A stretch of 57,419 nt of DNA from Macrostomum lignano. Lineage: Eukaryota. The translations under genes and the position numbers were made by a program. The first letter of the stretch is position 1. Every line of letters starts with the position of its first letter. The stretch is from the NCBI GenBank assembly GCA_002269645.1, contig NIVC01004159.1, positions 1-57,419 of the forward strand, in the 5' to 3' direction. The notes below the pieces were generated by a model. That model made no database searches. It was not told where the DNA came from and saw nothing but the letters and a program-made list of their open reading frames with translations. Positions 52,331 to 57,419 of the stretch are shown one piece after another.

Positions 52331-54073
52331 CGCAAGCTCTCGCCGCCCATGTCCAGATATCTAACCTATTCTAGAAATCTAAAAATGTGTGCTTTTTAAA
52401 AACATGAGTACAATACTTCTTTTGAATCATTAACAATGCTATGTGTTTATGGCTTTTTCTGAAACATACACAACGAAGAACAGATGTAATAAGGTAGCAG
52501 TCAAAACTGATTGTAAACTGTTCAATATTGATTAGGAGTTGTCAAAAATGAAGCGGACTTTCGGGGTACACAAACCATAAGTGTCAGTTTTGAAGCAACT
52601 CTGTCAAAATAGAATCCGACTTTGCGGCCCAACCAGTCAGGCTATTTTAGTCTCTGTGTGTAAGAGGATGGAGAAAAATAAATTTTATCAATACTTGTAG
52701 ATCCCAAAAGCAAGGTCAGAATGAGCTGATTTTGCACAGATAACTTTCGCTCCGTTCAGGCTTTCATTGGATTACTTTGTTACCGATTTCTCCCAGGAGA
52801 AGTTGACTAAATGTGTTTTGTCAAAATTGAACCAGAGTTTGTCAAAATTCAAGCTTGATCTGTCAATATTGATTGTAGATTTTGAGTGCCCGACCATAGA
52901 GTGTCAATATTGAAGAGGAGTTTGTCGGTTTCGAAGTTCTCCTTGTTCAAAATCGAGGGTAAAATGGTGTAGCTATTAAAATGATTCTTACGACGGTTTC
53001 GAGCAGTCGTAGATTTACGACCCACCTTACGAAAGACCATAGACATACGATCGTTTCGAGAAACAGCCTGTCGAGGAAAATTATGAGATCGTAAAGTTGC
53101 GACCGCTCTTACGCTAAGTCAACCTGCGACTCTTTTGAGCAAACCGTAGGTGCGACTATCGCAACTTATGTCTATGGCCGATCGTAAGTAGCTTTCAAGA
53201 AAGACCCCCTGGCCTCCAGGTAAAGCTGAAAAACTAGTTTCCACTCCAGGTTGCTAATTATAGAACTCCCTAGTCAGTGGAAATGAAAGTGTTTTGCCAT
53301 AGACAGTGACAGCGAGTGTGAAATGAAGTCAGTCGGTGGAATCAAGGAGTTCTATAAGTAGCAATCTGGAGTGAAAGCGAGTTTTACCTCATGAGGCCAC
53401 GCCAATTGTAAAGAAAAGGAGCCAGCACTGAATGTCTTATGGCTCTGTGCGACTCTGTTTATGCTAGTCTGGCCTCGAGGTAAAGCTGAAAAACTTGTTT
53501 CCACTCCAGGTTGCTAATTATAGAACTCCTTGGTCAGTGGAAATGAAGGTGTTTTGCCATAGACAGTGACAGCGGGTGTGAAAGCAGGTAAAAGTAAGAG
53601 CAGAAGTTCAATTTTTGCTTACTTCACTTAAAGGCTGATATTCAGTCTCGGCTATTGCAAACTATTATTCTGAAAGCTCTGGAAAATCAAGTCATTTTCC
53701 GCAAAACATGAGTTGACTGTCTTCAAGCACAAGCCGTAATTAATAATAATCTCACAGATAAGACATTTTCTGTCATCAAATAAAGGCCAAAACTCTCTTG
53801 AGGTTTTCAAACTCTTCAGATGCAGCCTCTTGAGAGAGTGAGAACACAAACTATGTCACCAGTGGACAACAGCCAGTGAACTCGAGAGGTTTGCACGGTG
53901 AATAGAACCCAGCGCTTGGCGTGCAGAAACTCTGTCTGAGAATAATCTACAGCAGAGGCTAAATTTCTTGCTCACAATGCGAACCTTAAACCAAACAATA
54001 ATGCTGAGCATAAGGTAGAAAAGATGTATAAAAAGAGGCGTAGAAAAAGATTTTTAGTGATTCGTAGAGCCCA

Positions 54074-55729
54074 ATGAAGCTTATAAAGAGTGTGTCAGCT
54101 ATTTCTCGGTTCACTATGCTCAACCGTCTGCAACGATGGACAGCTTTACTGCTCCAGCTAAGCCTTCGACATTGGAACTTACTTCTTCTGTTAATGATTT
54201 CCCTGACCCTGTCTGCGCAGCTGTCATTTGGAATCAAGTTATTTCTTGGCCGGCCTAGAAAACAATTCAGCGCTCCAGTCATTGAGACAGAACCATCGTT
54301 AAACAAAGGTAAATCATTAAAGAGCATTTCAGCAGAACCGAAGCTTGAACTCAGTGGCACCACTTATAACAAGCCACCGAAAAGGTTTGATAATTTAAAA
54401 CCCAAGCCGCCACTAAAAACTACTGGCGAGATGGGAAAAGATTTGTTTAAAGAAGCAAGGGCCGATTCCCAACACATAGGTTACTTTTTGGCTGATAGAA
54501 AACATTTCATCCTTGAAGATCCATTCGACGGCCCAGTTGCCCATGTGAAGTCTCAAAAAGGAAGCAGTGACGGTCGTGAACACGTAAAAAAGTTCCAAAA
54601 AGGTTCATTCACTGATCAGAAAGATCACAAAGAAACTACAATACACGAAGGCGTCAATCCAACAAAAGAAATAGAAGCTCAACAACCGCAGCAAAACAAA
54701 ACGATTGAGCCACAAACTCTCATGGAGCGAATTAAGCGAACGAGCGACTCGCGCCTGTACTCAAAGCTGCTGACTAAACTCAAGTCGCTGGGTTCGGCGG
54801 TCACCCAGCAGCAGCTGCAGAGCGCAGCCGGCAAGTGCGGAGGCCTCCAGAGTCCGGCACTTCGTTACGTGCAAACCTACGACTTTGTGCGCATGGCGGA
54901 TCACCTGTGCACCGCGGGCGACCTGCTGGCGTTGGTGGCGGTTCACAGCAACGCGAAGAACATCGGTCGTCGAGCGACCATCCGCAGAACGTGGGGATCG
55001 CTCAGGTACGTCGGACGGTACCGCATCGAGGTGGCCTTCTTTCTCGGCCGGCCAGCGTCGGGAGACTCGGACGAGTCCGGAGCGACCGGAGCGCAGCTCG
55101 AGGCTCTGATCGATGCGGAGAGCGACCGGTTCGGCGACATCGTGCAGCTGAACTACACCGAGAACTACAGGAACATGAGCATCAAGCACCTGGCTGTGTA
55201 CGAGTGGGTCGTGCGACACTGCCAGTCGGCCAAGTATCTCGTCAAGGTCGACGACGACACGTTCACGGACGTTGCACACTTGGCGACCTTCTTGAGCCAG
55301 GGCGCTCCATCCAGTTTCTACTGCTCCGCCACCCGAGGCGCCAAGCCGCAGAGATCTCCGTTGCCTTACATGTCAAAATGGTTGGTAAGCTACGACGAGT
55401 TTCCCGGCAGTTTCTACCCAACCTACTGCGAGGGCTTCGGCTACATTCTCAACGCCAAGCACGTCGCCAGCATCTACCTGTGCTCTCTGTTCAAGCAGTT
55501 CTTCTGGATTGACGATGTTTACGTGGCCGGAGTTTTAGCAGCCTCGCTAGACATTCCAATCGCAGGGTTTTGGAGAGGTCACGGATATACAACCATAGTA
55601 CCCAGCCTGGCTTCTGAGGGCATCGTCAATTACATTTTTCTGACGGCTTTTGACAGCGCATTTTTCGATTCCCTGTGGGTAAAACTTTGGCAGGCTGTGC
55701 TGAAGTACAGTCTGGACGTAAATTTGTAA
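54074..55729 (+). CDS. GT31 family beta-1,3-galactosyltransferase-like protein, copy C (single exon)
   Basis: 551-aa ORF with a TM anchor (LLLLLMISLTLSAQL), long stem and the same catalytic motifs (KVDDD, YPTYCEGFGY, IDDVYVAG). Confidence 0.92.
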   Translation: MKLIKSVSAISRFTMLNRLQRWTALLLQLSLRHWNLLLLLMISLTLSAQLSFGIKLFLGRPRKQFSAPVIETEPSLNKGKSLKSISAEPKLELSGTTYNKPPKRFDNLKPKPPLKTTGEMGKDLFKEARADSQHIGYFLADRKHFILEDPFDGPVAHVKSQKGSSDGREHVKKFQKGSFTDQKDHKETTIHEGVNPTKEIEAQQPQQNKTIEPQTLMERIKRTSDSRLYSKLLTKLKSLGSAVTQQQLQSAAGKCGGLQSPALRYVQTYDFVRMADHLCTAGDLLALVAVHSNAKNIGRRATIRRTWGSLRYVGRYRIEVAFFLGRPASGDSDESGATGAQLEALIDAESDRFGDIVQLNYTENYRNMSIKHLAVYEWVVRHCQSAKYLVKVDDDTFTDVAHLATFLSQGAPSSFYCSATRGAKPQRSPLPYMSKWLVSYDEFPGSFYPTYCEGFGYILNAKHVASIYLCSLFKQFFWIDDVYVAGVLAASLDIPIAGFWRGHGYTTIVPSLASEGIVNYIFLTAFDSAFFDSLWVKLWQAVLKYSLDVNL

Positions 55730-56165
55730 TTAGATTCGTTTTTTGCTGTCATGGTTTTTGCATGAATTTGCATTATAAATGTATTTTTAAATTCATTCAA
55801 ATCTTTGAACTATTTTTCAAACTTCACGACTCTTTTTGAAATTCGATTGCAATGAGAGCTAGATTTTATAAAACTTTTCAAACTGATCTATCTGATCAAA
55901 TATTAAAACAGCAGCGTCTCTTAAGTCTCACAAGCCTAGAGACCATCAAAAAACGCAAGCGACATGTAATAACATGTAATAAGCAAGACACTTAACTCTG
56001 CTTTGCTTCAGTTCATTCATCTGTAAATTGGGTGCCAGCATTAGTTGGTGGTAATTGAGGGTGTGTGTGGCAACCCCCCAGTCCTTGGACTGAACAGCCG
56101 TACGCAGCCTTCAGATGCGCCGCGCAATAGCTGCGGCTGAGCTGTCGGTTGCACATCTGGCCCTA

Positions 56166-56192
56166 TGGGCAGGTGTAATCAATTATTTATTT
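56166..56192 (+). mobile_element. Second copy of the retroposon 3' end (probably a longer copy extending upstream)
   Basis: TGGGCAGGTGTAATCAATTAT is identical to 37961-37981 and is followed by a TTTA-type tail. The 5' extent is not determined. Confidence 0.5.
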
Positions 56193-56475
56193 ACATGTAC
56201 AATTCAGCCAAAGTCGAGGTTCAGTAAGTGCCAATAGGAACCTAACATGCAGACGTACAGAAGACCATGCTCACTCGCTTCCAGCGGCTCATCTGCCTCG
56301 TTGCTCTGGTGCCTCACGTAGAGAAGGACATCCGGCGGCGTCTTTTCCAGCTGATGAGAGCGTTGGGACCGAGGCCCTGTATTAGAGGACCCAGCCCGTT
56401 CACCACTTATGCGGTTGTTCTGACTTCTACCGGCCTATATAGGCACGGCCACGCGCGAACTCGTCGATACGTGAA

Positions 56476-56702
56476 CGCACCCTCATCTGACGCACCCTCA
56501 TCTGACGCACCCTCATCTGACGCACCCTCATCTGACGCACCCTCATCTGACGCACCCTCATCTGACGCACCCTCATCTGACGCACCCTCATCTGACGCAC
56601 CCTCATCTGACGCACCCTCATCTGACGCACCCTCATCTGACGCACCCTCATCTGACGCACCCTCATCTGACGCACTCTCATCTGATGCACCCTCATCTGA
56701 CG
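56476..56702. repeat. 15-bp minisatellite (GCACCCTCATCTGAC) x~15
   Basis: Directly visible. Confidence 0.95.
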
Positions 56703-57419
56703 ACCGTTTGATCTTAATTTTCTGGGTTACGTCTTTTGTTGCTTTTGTTGTGCTTGTTATTTTCGTCACTTTCGACAATTAGCTTTAACTTACAATTCAT
56801 CATAATTACGATAAATTAAGTAAGCTTACACGAAAAGTGAGGCAACCAATAATCTAGTTATATACTTATGTGTGTTCCAGTATTAATAATACTAATGCAT
56901 TATATGAGTGAGTGTAATAAGGGACTGAGCATCTGTATACGCAAGACTTTCTTGCACAGTGGGCATATAGCTGCAGTTGCTATCATTGTCAGGCATTGTT
57001 TGATCAACGTTGAGTCAACATTTGACAAGCTCACCATTGCAGTGTCTATAATAAGCAATTAGGCATTTCATACAAAGTCAGAGTCAAATAGAGAGTCCAA
57101 TTTCTTTTGTTTACTCATACCTCGGCAGTTTTTCGCAAGCAGATGCTTGTTGACAGATTAAGCTGACGGAAATTCGTCGCTTTTGCATGCATGCATGCAA
57201 TTTAGATCGCAGAATTGACTAAGTTCGGCGAGTTGGGTTCGCAATAATTTTATTGTTGATAGTCTTAGCAGCCGTTTTATTGAACTTTCTAAGGTTAAAA
57301 TGGCTGACAGAATTGATAAGTTTTCGGAAGTGACGTCATTTTGAAGATTAGAGGCATCTAGAAGTAATATATTGTTTTAAGTAGCACATAACGAAAACGA
57401 TTGTTTCAGAGACGCCTGT

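Larger units (their letters stand above)
49959..53208. mobile_element. Decayed PIF/Harbinger DNA transposon (~3.25 kb)
   Basis: TIRs GGGGGTCTTTCTCGAAAGCAACTTACGATCGGACCATAGACGTAAGTTG (49959-) and its reverse complement (53162-53208). Imperfect subterminal inverted homology extends ~200 bp. TSD is CTG or CTGG, judged against an uninterrupted copy at 53464-53476. It contains transposase and Myb/SANT remnants. Confidence 0.8.
49780..53585. repeat. 260-bp tandem repeat with an internal hairpin (host of the Harbinger insertion)
   Basis: Units start GCCATAGACAGT at 49789, 53296 and 53556. Unit 1 is split by the transposon. The intact unit has inverted arms at ~53346-53398 and ~53471-53529. Confidence 0.7.

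Noticed and set aside
43671-55512. Overlapping alternative-frame and antisense ORFs on the GT31 genes
   Set aside because: Expected shadow ORFs of GC-rich coding sequence; they are repeated only because the cores are identical.

Overview
Eukaryotic (animal) genomic DNA. The Ala/Ser/Gln-rich proteins and introns packed with mini- and microsatellites suggest a flatworm such as Macrostomum (inference only). The window holds five protein-coding genes: a multi-exon PACS-1/2-like gene (+, ~2.4-18.4 kb, first exon not found), a multi-exon ECT2/Pebble RhoGEF (+, 27.6-39.2 kb), and three single-exon GT31 (beta-1,3-galactosyltransferase-like) paralogues (43.5-55.7 kb). It also holds a decayed PIF/Harbinger transposon nested in a hairpin-forming tandem repeat, several MITEs, a tRNA-derived SINE, a 36-bp retroposon tail with a perfect TSD, and more than 20 distinct tandem arrays. 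Most long ORFs in the track are repeat artefacts. The most interesting signals are: (1) the GT31 trio is a mosaic of near-identical blocks and a hypervariable loop in the likely acceptor-recognition region, suggesting a gene-conversion-driven glycosyltransferase diversification cluster; (2) an ECT2 exon/intron junction is amplified into about 76 tandem copies, each carrying a consensus 5' splice site, the first 13 in frame; (3) two single-base frameshifts in C-runs interrupt the PACS gene.
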